From Zancudomyces culisetae HAW-14-8 (taxonomy: Eukaryota; Fungi; Kickxellomycota): 64,000 nt of DNA. Under the pieces are notes generated by a model. That model did not search any database. It was not told the origin of the DNA and saw only the letters and a list, made by a program, of their open reading frames with translations. Location: assembly GCA_052426225.1 (NCBI GenBank), contig JBNJNM010000021.1, forward strand, positions 930,001 through 994,000, in the 5' to 3' direction. Positions 12,688 through 26,400 of the stretch are shown piece by piece. The position numbers were made by a program, and so were the translations under genes. Numbering within the stretch: the first letter of the stretch is position 1; each line of letters begins with the position of its first letter.

Positions 12688-15600
12688 GTTTTTCTAATTT
12701 TTTGTGTTATCTCAGCCTAATACAGATTTATCTATATGGTTGAAATAATATTTCGCAATTTAACAATATTCTCAGGTGGTATAACTGAAGTGGGTAGCGA
12801 TTCTTTTTGGTATCCATTCGCATATGCCTTTTGTTTTACAGTACACAGCCTCGTGTTTAATTGCAAAGAATAAAGTATTAATTATTTGATATATAATCTT
12901 TATGTATACCTAGATGTATTTACAGTCTTTTTAAGTACTTTAAACAAAAATGGAAAAGTCTAAAACAGTTTTATATGTGTATATATATCTTTTGCTTCTT
13001 AGGAAAAGGAGCGAAAAAAAATGGATTAGTGCTTTTGTGCAAATATGATTATCAAATGAGAAATTTTTACATGTGATCATTTAGCTTATGCAAAGAAAAA
13101 AATTTTCCCCAACCATGTCACAATGATATATTAGCACAATTTTCAGCGACTATAACTGATTTACTTTCCTCTTAATGCCACGTTTTCTTAGTTTGTGGCA
13201 TTCCTGCTATAATGGTTCGGGAGAACATCCCATTCATTAACACCAGACCAAGAGGTCTTTTCGCTGGTATATTAATATACGCATATTGTCAGTATAAGAG
13301 AAGCTGAAGGAAACGGGGCTGCAGAATAGAGAATGATGACCTGATCGCCCTTGAATTCCATCTATAGTTTATCTGCCAGTATTGTTGTAGCCCCATTCAC
13401 AACATTCCTTTTTACCGTGGTAAAACAATCCGGTTGTAACTTTAAGCCAGAAAAATCAGTTTACAGGGAAGATAGAAGACAGCCAATCAATTATTAAAGG
13501 AAAAATCTCGGCAATGGTGAAAAATTCACGGAATTTACAAATTTTCAACCTGAAAATCAGCAATTCCAAAATCATCTGACTTTGAACTTTTGCCTTTCCT
13601 GTAGGCACAACTGCTTGCGGGCCAGACAGAATTTACTGATACGCCGTTCTTCACCTAGTTTTGGCTATTATGGGCTTTTATGCAGCTAAAAAGATAAGAA
13701 GTGGACCAAAAATGGCTCGAAGAGAAAAAGAAAAAAGGACAAAAGCGTTTCTCCTGCGTATTCAAGTGTAGAAAACAAAACTAGATGTATTGGTTTTTTG
13801 GTTTTGTACCAATTTTTCATTTTATGTAATGTATGATGAATGCTGCCGCTACTAGCACTTGATTTCATTTTGTTCACTTTACAAAAAATAAGCCCGTAGT
13901 AAGAACTAAAAGCATTAATAAAGAACCGATAGAGAGCATAGCAATCTATGTTTTGTTCTGAATATAATAAGTCACTATCTCTTCCTATTGCTGCATTGAC
14001 GCAGGATACCTACCATCCCTTACGTTTAATGTATCTGTAAGGTGAGTACATAAAGCTTGAAAAAAAGCATATGTTTATTGCAAATGGTCAAAACCTCTAT
14101 TTCTAAAAATAACAAAATCTAGATTACATCATTACAGTTTACCAATCAATTCAATTGTAATACACGCTTTACTCTGGAACTCAGATAGCTTGCTGACAAA
14201 TATGAATGAAAAAGTGGTTGAATGTTTTGCCAAAACAAAGGTCCAGATAGTTTTATCATCTTTCAGGTATGTATGCCTGTTTTATTGTGCACGTATTAGC
14301 ATTCAACTGTTGTCATGGTTAGTGAACTATTCAAAATTTTCTCTAGCAGTCTGTAAAACTAAACATATTAAGGCTAGTAATGAAATTCCCCGAACAATTA
14401 TGTAAAATAAATAAAACACATTTTACATGAAGCGCATTACAAAGCTTTGTAGAACAAAAAATACACGTTTTGTAATTAATGGTGTTGTTTGTTTTGTTCA
14501 TAAAAAATAATGGGGAGACAACTCACCAACTTTCCTTATTATACACACTGAATTCCAATGTAACGCAGGTTGTTGGTTTTTTGGGGAATGGTACATTAGT
14601 TGCGTAAGTGGGAATATATTCTACAGAAGTAAATATCTTTGGTACAACGATGAAGTGTGAAGAGAAACTAAGGTGGTAATGAGCCCAGGAAACAGTTAAA
14701 GCTGGTGTATTTTTTTGTGCATACTTGAGATAGAGAATCACAAACATTGCTCAACTTACCAGCAAATAATAACCTAGACTTATTAAGATATTCTTCCACC
14801 TTGTGCAAGTATTTTTTTCACCTCGCAGCTTTTGAACCCAGCTTAGGTGCGTATGCTTAATCCTATGATGACAAATAATTTGGCACCGATAAACCTATTG
14901 CTTTGTATCTGACTGGTACCTATCTAATCCAGTAGTAAAATATCCATGTACTGTATGAATGAAAACCGTATGATTCTCAAATGCTTTTCAACTAAACAAT
15001 ACAAATGTTGTGAAAAAACTAAATCGGTATCCGATGCCGATAAATACAGGATGCTAAATAAATGCGCAGCAGGTTAGGAAAATAATCCAAAATTGCTGGT
15101 TCAAATACATGTGATGAGGTGGCAGCAAATCGTGAATTCTAGACAACCCACCAAATACAAAATGCATCAAAATATGAAAACTGTGTTATTCGGTCATACA
15201 TACCAAAAATCGGTATTATGTCTACCTCACCCCTCATGCAAATTGAATTATGCCAATACTTCTCTAGATGATGGGTCTAAAACGTGTATCTCCCATATCT
15301 ACCTATCGATATTGTACTAACTCTATCTAGTTCGTGCTTGAGCAATTAATGTAAGCTCATTTACTCCAGATGTTTAAAGCACATCCTTTTTTTTTTTTAC
15401 ACAAGATGGGCCAAACACATGCAAGGTTGAATGGTGCTGACCTGAGAGTCCACTCAACTATAATATACTAGCACTGGCACCTTAGTAACGTTTTTTTTTG
15501 ATGCCATTTATTTGCTGATACAATAGGTTATTTGTTTTCAAGATAGCAATTTCTCGCTATTTAGAGATTTTGTTGGGGTTCAGAACAAACAATGATGAGA

Positions 15601-16458
15601 AAGATAAGGTCAAACTTTTTTCATCTATTTTTTAACCAATTGCATATCTCGCGTTTTTCCCATCTCCAAGCTATGTAATCGCAAATTTGTCAACATATCA
15701 AGAATACTAACTGCTGCTTTTAATCGTAATTGAATTGGTACGATAAAAAAAGTTCGTTAATTAAATTCATTAATCTTTAATAGCTGGGAATTTCAATGCC
15801 AATTTGGTATCTTTTGAAAATCGCCAGGGCTAGTTAAATTAAAAAAAATTAAAAAGAAATTAATAAATACAACAATAACCATAACCATAAACACGGCCAT
15901 TAAATTGGAAAAAAAGTTTTTTAAATGCGCAAATAGGAAACCATCAGTATAGGTTGAAAATATAATGCTGGATTGCCATTAAATTTTAATGCAACATTGA
16001 CACCTGATTCATTTTATTATCTGATGGCTCAAATTAACGGAAAACAGTTGAAAGGTGAATGTGGTTGTACTCTGAGTTGGGTTTGTGTTTTTGGCAGCTG
16101 AACACAAAATGAATGAAAAATGCATACCCAATGATGCTTAAAACCAAAAAATACAACCGATTTGGGGAAATGCTGGTAAATTTTACCACAATTTATGTGA
16201 GGCCGACGGTCATATCAGAATCAAAACCATAAAAAGTACAATTTAGACAAAATATTGTATGAGTAGTGGTAGTTGTGTTATATTTACAATTTTAGATGAC
16301 GAAAAAAATGATGCAAATGAGGGAAGGAATGAGTATATGCTATTACTCACAAATAAAAAAAACTATTCACAATAAATTAAAATTAAAAACTAAATGACTA
16401 AATGCTCCAAAAACCACCCAGTTCATCCAGACATATATACATACAATATATAGCATTT

Positions 16459-17652
16459 TCATACAACAAGGGCATTGTTGGCCGAGTTACTATCGGTAAC
16501 CAGAATATCGTTCATAGACTCGTCATACAGTGGAAGTGCATGAGAAAATTTTTCGGCCCATGAAGGAATACAAACTACTTTTATTCTCGAAGAAAATATT
16601 TTTTTGACATCATCACCAAAATGCCCCTTTAGTACGCATTCAAAGTGATGCCTTACGGCTATAGATCCAGACTCGAATTCGTATGTTGGTTCCGTAACTA
16701 GGGTGGGTAGTGGTAGTTGAAACTTCGATGTGTTGCGCATAGTTATATCTGTGTTTTGTGTTGATTCATCAATAAGTGCCACCTTTTCGCAGCCAGATGC
16801 TTCATCGCCAGACTTTTGATACATATGCATCCCATCTTCATCCTCATTAGGCAGCAACTCCTCAGATTCAGTAAAATTGTGAATATAAGATCCTATAGGT
16901 GTGAGCGTTGTGCAATTGTGTGGAGACTTGTTCTCAGTATACTTTATTTCCTCTAGCAGCCGCATTCTAATAGATATAGGTTTGAACTCCTTTGTTGATT
17001 TTATTACCAATGTTGCTGATTTGTTATTGGAACCACACTCGGTAAAAAACCTAGATTGTGCAGAAACTCTGATCTGCAGGTCTGGTGTTTTTACAAGATC
17101 AAATGCCATCGTGCTCATGCTGTTGATGACATCGAAGAACTCAACACTCTTAAATGGTACCCTGCAGATCTTCAATGGACGTTTCACTTTTGTGCAGTTT
17201 AGAGCGCCAAAGCCAAACAGACCCTTTGATAGGGGATCCCTTTGTTTATACACTTTTGCCAACAGAGTGTATTTTATATCACCATATTTCGATAGAATGC
17301 TAGGATCCACATCGTCAGGAACCCACATATTGAAATCAAATAGATGTTCTCCTGGAGATAGCAGAGAGTTCTTTTCATCAATCTCAATAGACACTTCAGC
17401 GATCTGAGATTCTTGGTAAGTGATATGATGGTCAAGCTTAATTGAACCGAAGCCACTAACCCATTCGATGTATTCTTTTCTGATTAACGATACAACGATA
17501 CATCTCACACGCCTTCTGGTCCTCAAATCAAACTTCACGCTTCCTCTGATAAGCGTCCTTGAACAGTCCTTCTCTCCACCAACATATATGGTGTCACTTT
17601 CAAGCTCCAATGTTATCTTGTTCATGCCCAATGAACTTTTCCTAATTATCAT
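16459..17652 (-). CDS. alpha-arrestin, paralog 2
   Basis: IRGSVKFDL...LSPGEHLFDFNMWVPDDVDPSI...YGDIKYTL; SIAVRHHF; PSWAE...LPLY. Colinear with paralog 1. Confidence 0.8.
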   Translation of the reverse strand: MIIRKSSLGMNKITLELESDTIYVGGEKDCSRTLIRGSVKFDLRTRRRVRCIVVSLIRKEYIEWVSGFGSIKLDHHITYQESQIAEVSIEIDEKNSLLSPGEHLFDFNMWVPDDVDPSILSKYGDIKYTLLAKVYKQRDPLSKGLFGFGALNCTKVKRPLKICRVPFKSVEFFDVINSMSTMAFDLVKTPDLQIRVSAQSRFFTECGSNNKSATLVIKSTKEFKPISIRMRLLEEIKYTENKSPHNCTTLTPIGSYIHNFTESEELLPNEDEDGMHMYQKSGDEASGCEKVALIDESTQNTDITMRNTSKFQLPLPTLVTEPTYEFESGSIAVRHHFECVLKGHFGDDVKKIFSSRIKVVCIPSWAEKFSHALPLYDESMNDILVTDSNSANNALVV

Positions 17653-20448
17653 TTTTTCCTTCCTTTTCTTCGTTGTGTTTTTTTAAAGATATTTAAAGTA
17701 TGGATTTGTGTATATATGAATACATTTTTTTTTCCACTTGAAAATCTAAGGTTCTACGAATTGGGTAGAATGCCGGTATTTATAGCTTTCAGTCTCCACC
17801 ATTTTGCCTATTTGTATGCACATGTGTTCCATATTTAGATAAGTTTTGTGTAATGCCAAAGAAAAAATGTAAAAAAAAAAGAGCAAAAAGTGAAAACTTG
17901 CAACCTCTTCCCAATCATTATTTTTTTTCTAAACTGGTTCAAATGAATGGGGTCATGTTGGGTAAAATACTCGTGCAATATTTTTTGCCAAATGAACTCT
18001 GCACCATTTTTTCCTTATCATCAGGATTTCTCAGAACTTTAGCATTTCTTAGAGAAAAAATACCACTTTATTTTGCCATTGGTTTATTTTCAATTTATCG
18101 ATTTGTGCTCTGTGTATTGGGGAAGTAAAAAAAAAGCATATCAATAAATATCATGCAACAAAGTACGTAATAGTTTACAAATATTACAAATTGCCCTAGT
18201 TGACTCATTTACTATTGGATTGGCTTGGATAAAAAAAAATTTTTTCAATTAAATCCAAGAAAAGTAAAGGCAAGTGGTATAACAGAAGCAAAAATAGACG
18301 AAGAAAACAAAAACGGAACTTAAATACAACAGCTTAATATCTACAGCTAGGCTAAACCAGCACAAAAGCATATGATAGAGCACAACATATCTTAGTGAGC
18401 CTTTGATGACAAAAATTTACAATAAATAAAAGACAATGTCAATAAATCCCATTCAATGTTCTTGTTCCACCGAAGCGTGATGTACCCAACTTGTTCTGCG
18501 AAACCAAAGACAAGGCAAGAAAAACAAACGTGGGAATTGAAAAGATGCCCTACTATTACCGCATATTGTGTAGAGGGAGGGGGAATGGCGTGTATGCAGT
18601 AATTTGATGTGATTGTAAGAATGTCTTTTAAGTTCATTCGAGGCCCCTTCACCTCACTGTATCATTATCATCTTTGTTGCTAATGTCATCATTCTCCTAA
18701 TTTATTCAGGAGAAGCGTGTATTTTTTTGAGAGCCACATAAAATTCGTTCGTCAACATTGTGTAAAATAGCCAATAGCCTTACATGTGAATTTGTAATAT
18801 TTGCAATTCCGAAGTATTGTGCGAATACGGCTTTTTTTAATTTACCAAAAAGATCCAATATTAACATCAGTTCAATAAAAGTAAGGTCATAGATCTAGAG
18901 CTGTGTCAAAAATAGAAAAAAAATGTGGTAAGTATACAAAGATAAGAAAATAGGTGGATGGATTCGGTAATTGTGTATCTATTAGTTTTTCAGTTTGTTA
19001 ATTTACTTGCGTATAGGCTGATTTCACTTTAAAAAACATGCACAGATGGTTTATTTTTTAAAAGTTTATTCAAAAAAATTTAAAGATCAGGACAGTATAT
19101 GTACGCCCCAATGGCAAAAAGACGGCTGTTGGGTCGAAGATATGCTGTAAAATTGCGTGAAAAGTACAAATATCTCACACCAGTTTATGATGCTAAGGTC
19201 ATCAGATTAAGCAATGCATTGCATTTACAAGCTGACCTCTGTACCAGTTATCCTGGTACCGCAAAACGAAATGAAATTTTTTGTCTTGGACATCGCCGAG
19301 TTTTTACGCATACATATAAATCAACTTTCCGGACTAATAAAGCCTTTTTTCAAAGATTTTAGACATATGCATCTGAAAATCTGGTAAAGCTGAATAATAC
19401 AATTAGGAGATATATACTACACGGTGGATATAATCTATATATCCCTGGAAATCCTAATAACTTGCGTTTATTGTTTATAGATTACCAAATCCCATTTGTG
19501 GAAGGGTGGGAAAAAAGGCAGGTGCCTCACTTTCTTCTAATTGATTTTTTTTTGGGGAGAGGAGGGGAGGGGAAGGGAGAAGTGTTAATTTATAGGAAAA
19601 GTAAAAGCGACTGATATGATTGTAATGAATAATAATAAGCCCGTGTAATTGAGCATGTTCATATGTACTTTTTTCGGTCTTAAAAGTATGAGAAACTCGC
19701 TGTTTTACTAGAAGTTTAACATTACCATCAAGATTCACAAAAAAAAAGCGGTTTTGACTTACTTTAATCAAATGAAAGAAAAGAAAGGATGCACTGAAAA
19801 ATATTATATAGTTGCGATGGGTGCTTTCGATACATCTGAACCAGTGGTGTGTAATAATGGGCTATGGGAGGTCTTTGTGAAGCCAACTCTCACTTGAATA
19901 TTTTTTGCTGAGCATTTTATTAGCAGTTCGTACTTTATAAGGCTGTAAAAAACATCAAACAAAAATACTAATATCAGTTTTTTTTAACCACAAATGGAGT
20001 GTAGATTTAACCCCTGACTTTTGTGAGCATGAACCAGTTTATTAAGATGTGCGGCAATTCAACTGGGGGAAAGTGAGAAAATGAGAGAATAGGTAGGCTA
20101 GGGTATGAGTTTGATTTAAAGTTTGGTAGAGGCAAATTAACTTGATTATGAAATGATTTGCGAATTGAGAATCAAAAACATGAACTTCAAATTCAGAATT
20201 TCAAAAACAATAAATAAAAAATACAGTATGTTTTAAAGCGTTTTTAAAAAACGAAACGCAGCTTTTAGAATAGCAAACAGACGAAAATAGTCATTTCAAT
20301 CTTTAAAAAATTACAGTTAATTTATTAAATAACAAACGTATACCATCAATTTTGTAAAAGTAGAAGAGCGAATAAATCCAATAAAATAAAGAAATATATA
20401 AATTGCGTAAGACGCGAAACAAAAGAGAAAGATAAAGGTAGTGAAACG

Positions 20449-23400
20449 ATGGATGAGAGAGTGATTATAGAGCTTCTAAATAAGCTGAGGAGTAGGTGAG
20501 TAGTGAAGACCAATTAATTAATATATATACTTGCGTGCATAAACATGCACTGGGTCAGTATAAATTTACATGATTAGTCGTGAAACACAAAATCCGACTG
20601 TAAATAGCCCAATACGGATAATGAAAATGATAATGAAAATAGGGATCCAGAAAAGCGAGATGTAGGAAAGCAGGACTTGCAAAGACTAATAAAGGTAAAT
20701 ATAGATCAACAATCATGATAAATGTAAAAGTATAAAGTGTAAAGCTAGTCAAAAAGCAAAGCTGCATAATGAAATGAAATATACAAATAGACGGATGATA
20801 ATATACACGGAGGTGGAGTGGTTGGGCAAACAATAATACTAAATGATCTTTCGAGGAGATTGATAAAGCTTACACAAAGCATGGATATAAATGACAGACT
20901 TGCGGCGGTAGCAATACTATGTAAATTCTGATTTATTACGCGTTTATTTTGGTATGATTTAAATGGGCATAATTAAGAAAGAAAAAATCAATCTTTGGTT
21001 TCCCTATTTGAATGTATTTTTTTTAACAAAAGAAGGAATATGTATCACTTTAGCTGCACTTCTCGATATCCAGTTGAATGAAACATACCTTTCAAGAATT
21101 TCGAATCAGCTTCACTTTTTGCTAGTTTCTACAGATCCGTTTTTGATAGATGAAGCCACTCAAGTACTAGGTAACTACCCAGCTCTATTTTGACTTTGTG
21201 TATTGGGCTTGCGGCTCATTAATCAGCGAAATATGTAATTAACGCATTAATCGATTTGAAATAGAGAAATTAATAAGAAAGAAGGGGGCTCTATCAACAG
21301 GGATAGTAGAGTCAGAAACCAAGAGGGCTTTAGAGTGGTTACAAAGTAAGGGAAAAAGTCTTGCTAATGAGTAATACAGTTCATACATAATCGCCTATAC
21401 ACAAGAGTTTAAAAAAAAAAATAAAATATGAAAAATATAGCCACAAATGAAAGCCAGTCTGTTAGAAGGTTGGCAGCAATAAAAGTGATTGAGGCCTGTT
21501 GTAGAGGATCGTCAACGCTGATGACGGGGTATATACAAGAGGTTTTAGAGGCATTACGGGGACCACTCAGGGACAACAAAATAGTGATACGAGAGGCAGC
21601 AGCAACGGCACTTTTTGAATGTATGCGGATCATTGCAACTCGAGAGACGCGAATGAGGAATCAAATATACCAACAAATGTATGAAGAAACACTGAGAGAT
21701 TTGAAAACGGGAGGAGTAGATAACTACCATGGAGTGATGTTGATTTATCAACAGCTGGTTCAGCAAGGAGGAATGTTTATGAAGAAGCACTTTTATGAGG
21801 TGATGGAGTTGTTGATGCGAATGCGAGATAGCAAGGACATTTTAATACGCAGCGAGCTAATGATACTGATAGCGATGATGACTAAATACAGTCCAGGCGA
21901 AATGGTATCTAAAGGGGTATCTGGAGAGTCATATATGCAGCTATCGATGAACTTTTTGCTTGCGCAATCACGGCGAGAAAGAGATCAAGCGGTCGCATTT
22001 AAGGCGATTGGAATGATGGCACTGGCAACCAAAGATTTGTTTAAACCATATCTGGGAGTAGCGATAGCGACAATTAAGGAGTCGCTGAAAAATTCGACAA
22101 AGGGTAATAAGGAAGAGTTGAAATCTGTATTCGAATGTATTAGCTTTTTGGCCCAAGCGATAGGTACAGGGTTGGCCAAAGGAGTTTTGGAGATACTAGA
22201 CTTGATGTTCAAGACAGGGTTAAGTCCAATGTTGTGCAATACGTTGAAGGTACTGAAAAGAGAAATTGTTACATTGTCAGAGAGTATTCAGGAGAAGCTG
22301 TTAAATATGATATCGACAATACTAGTGGGCGTTCCATACTATACAAACATAGTAAGTATAGAAAGAGTAGGGGATAAAATCAACATGAGAAATCGATCAG
22401 CATCACAAGAGTCATCACTTACTACGCCATTTGCGTCGCTGGGGATATCGATACATGAACCCAATTTGGTTCGAAAGCCAAGCACAAATGTGGAAGAGAT
22501 AAAACTGGCGCTCCAAACGCTGGGCAATTTTGGGTTCCAGGAGCAAAACTTGTCAGAGTTTATCAGAAATGAGATTCTGGTGTATTTGAACCACGAAAGA
22601 GTGGAGGTGCGGCGAGAAGCGATATCGGCAGTGACAGAGTTGTTGCTGAGCAATCCAGTGTATTGCCGGCGGTCAGGACCAGAAGTAGAAATCACGAATG
22701 ATATTATACAGCATTTTATTGCAGTCGCAGTTACAGACAGTGATTCTAGTATTCGAATGGTTGCTGTTGCGCTGTTTATGAGGAGCGATATTTTTGATTT
22801 GCATTTGGGACGTGTGGAAAACATTGGGAGTTTGTTGATGATATTAAATGATGAGGTGTTTGAAATTCGAGAGGTTATAACAACGGTGATATGCCGACTA
22901 GCCAAAACAAACCCAGCACATGTAACACCATGTATTCGTAGAATGATAGTTCATTTACTGACACAGCTTGAATATTCACCAACTAGCAACAGTACAGAGA
23001 AGGAGAACTGTATTAGATTGATAATGGCAGCAGTAAAATCTGCAGGCAAGTGGATTGAGCCATATGTGGTTGAAATCTTCCATTCGATCCTGGCCAAAGC
23101 ATCCGACCCAAACTACACGCTCGCAAGTTGCTATTTGCAAACTCTTGAGGCGCTTTTGATTGTGGGACGAACAGAGCTACAAGCATATATGGACGACATT
23201 ATGTGGTGTTTGTTGGATGCGTTGAAGGATCAAGCAAGTCCTGTAAAGCGACTGGCAGCTATACGAACGCTGACCCAGTGCGGAAGAAGCAGTGGAATGG
23301 TTGCGGAGCCATTTGAAAAATATCCGGAGCTGCTGGAGGTGTTGATAGAGATCTTTAAAAACGACGAAAACCACGGGTTGCGTCAGGACATAATCAAGGC

Positions 23401-26400
23401 GATCGGAGCGATCGGAGCAATTGATCCATATGTATTCAAGAAGAATTTGGAGGAAATGAAGAGCGAAAAGGGCAAAGCAAGACGAGCGGCGATGGGTAGT
23501 AGGATGCTACGAGGAGAGGGGAATCGGGCACCGCTGGTAAAAATAGGGTCGGGGTCTTCAAAAGCGCAGGGGATATCTGAGGCGGCGGGGGACTACGAGA
23601 CTAGTGAGAGCCGGAACCGAAAAGCATATGATAGCAGTGGTGTGGCAAATGCGGCGAGTGCAGCGTTGGTACAGCATGTGGAAATTCCTGCAGAGTCATT
23701 GGGTACGTCGTTTACATCACTAGAGTACCATACGCGTGTGGCAATTCACTCGTTGATTAGGATTCTGCATAATAATACGTTGACAAAGATCCATCCTGAT
23801 GCAACACAGGCAATTCTGTTGATGTTTAGTTCGTTGGGATCATCCTGTACAAAGTATTTACCAGAAGTGATGCCAGCTTTGTTGCATGCGATGAAGATAG
23901 GTGGGGTTTTGCAGTTGGAATTCTATCTGGAACAACTAGGCAAGCTTGTGGCAGTGTTGAAAACGTATATTCGGCCGTTTTTGGGACAGGTGTTTGCGAT
24001 GATAGACATGAATCCAGCAGGAACAAGTCCAAGTCAGCAATCGGCAATTATTGCATTGATTGAGGTGGTGGCAGAGGCGCTGGTAGGAGATTTCGGAACT
24101 TATTTGCCTGCAGTACTTCCGTTTTTACTGGAAGTAATGGAAAAGGACCAGTCTGAAACCCGAAGCCCAACATTACGGGTACTGCATGCACTACGGATTA
24201 TTGGAGCCAACCTAGACACACACCTGTACTTGACACTACCCAGATTGATAGCGTTGTTGGATTTCCGTAAGCAGACAGTGCTAGTGGTTGAGTCAACACT
24301 TAAAACCATTTCAACAGTGGTGGTTGAAGTCAATTGCAAGAGTTTTGGATCACGGCTGATTCTTACGCTAATAAAGCTGTACAAGAATGCACCGACATCA
24401 TCGTTGCAGAACCAAATTATCGATCTGTTTTGTGTGTTGATGCAGCAGCTACAGGATGATTTTGTTTTGTTTATGCCGGCCATTCAAAGCGCAATGCAAC
24501 AGTATGGCACGGAAAAGCACCATCTGAATTACGAGAGATATTCGCGGTTGTTGTTTTCGAATCGACTGGAGCCTGCAAAGTCTGTGCAAGTGCGGCCGAC
24601 TCTACAGGTCGAAACGATGCTCAACGACGATCCGCTAACCGGTGATATCAATGTCGAGTTGAAACCCAACGTTTCTGCATTGCGAAGAGCCTGGAATACG
24701 TTGCAGCGAGTTACAAAGGAGGACTGGGTTGATTGGATCAAGTTGCTTAGTGTTGAATTGTTGAAGGAGTCCACATCACCAGCTTTACGGGCATGTGGGA
24801 CGTTGGCTAGTCGATACACACAGCTGGGTGAAGAGCTGTTTAATTCAGCATTTGTTTCGTGTTTGTCGGGTATGACACAGTCTGAACAGCGTGAGTTGTT
24901 GGATTCAATTCAGAATGCTACTGCTAGTTCGCAACTACCAAACGAGGTTTTACAGGCAATCCTGAATCTTGTGGAGTATTTGGAGCGTGACGAAAAACCC
25001 GTACCAGTATCGATTGATAAGCTGGGCAATTTTGCGGAGAGATGCCATGCGCTGGCTAAGGCGTTGCATTATAAGGAAATCGAGTGGACGCTTTCAGGTA
25101 CTGAAGAGGTCATCCAGGATTTGATACGGTTGAACCAGATTCTGGACCAAAACGATTCGGCTGTGGGCGCGTTGGAGTTCATTCGCAAGATCAAGCCGGA
25201 CCTGATTGATCGTGCTGAGTGGCATCAACGGTTGGAGCAGTGGGACGAGGCGTTGGATGTTTATAACAATATGGAGAGAGTGCACGGTCGTCATTATTCC
25301 CAACGGTTGTTGTTTGGTGATTCGGGAAAGCCACTCAAGTTGGATGTTCGTGGCGTTAGAGATATGTTGTTTGTTAAAAACGATACTAGTCGTCATTCCA
25401 AGACACCGCTTTTAATTACAGGAAATAATAACAATAACTATAACAATAGTATTAATAACAACATTAATATTAATAACAGTGGTAGCCACAATAGCATCAA
25501 TATTAGTAACACCAATAATCCTCTAAATGGATTGGAAATAGCTATGGGTAAATTACGATGTTATTATTTTATGGAGGATTTGGATTCGTTCCAGCGGTTA
25601 TTGGATCAGTTGTGGGAATATAGCGACGAAGTAAAAGAAGCTGTATCGTGGTATGCAGTGACTTTTGCGTGGAGCAACAACGATATAGATGCTATGTGCA
25701 GGTATCTTAAGGCACTACCTGATTCGTTTGAAATGAAGCCGCTATTTATGGCACTGGTCGAGATATATAATGATAATGACGACCAGGCCATTGAATATGT
25801 GGCACAGGCTCGGGATATTATTGAGAGACTGATGCCTTCTAAGCTTGCTGAATCCTTTTTGAGAGGTTATGATTTGGCTGTATACTGTCAAATGCTGACT
25901 GAAATTGAAGAGACCATCAGTTATAAGCGTGCGAAAAGTGAGGGGGGTGATGGTTCGGCTTACCAACACCATCTGGTTGAGGTGTGGAATCGCCGTTTGT
26001 TGGCGTGTCAGCGGGATGTAAGCATTTGGAAACAGATGCTACAGCTTAAATCAGCGGCTACGTTGCGAACAGATATGTTGCGCGGATGGTTGGATTATGT
26101 ACAATTATGTATTGATACTGACAAACTCAAATCTTGTCATAATACATTTAGATTGCTTGTTACTGATGAAGTGGAGCATCGAAAGCGTATGTTGACATCG
26201 CCTTTCTCTCAACAACAACAGCAACAACAGCAACAACAACAACAGGGTTATGTGTCAGTACATTTAGGTGTTAGAGATAATAATTTGACAACAGGATCAT
26301 TTAGCTCATCATCATTGCCGATCACGTGGGGATGGGCTAGCAATCCCGAGCTCAACCGACATTCGCTACTGGAAAACATGCCACCAGTGTTTTTATCGAA

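Noticed and set aside
12700-20400. Short ORFs in the spacers around the arrestins (e.g. 19099-19362)
   Set aside because: No motifs or codon signal; expected by chance in AT-rich DNA.
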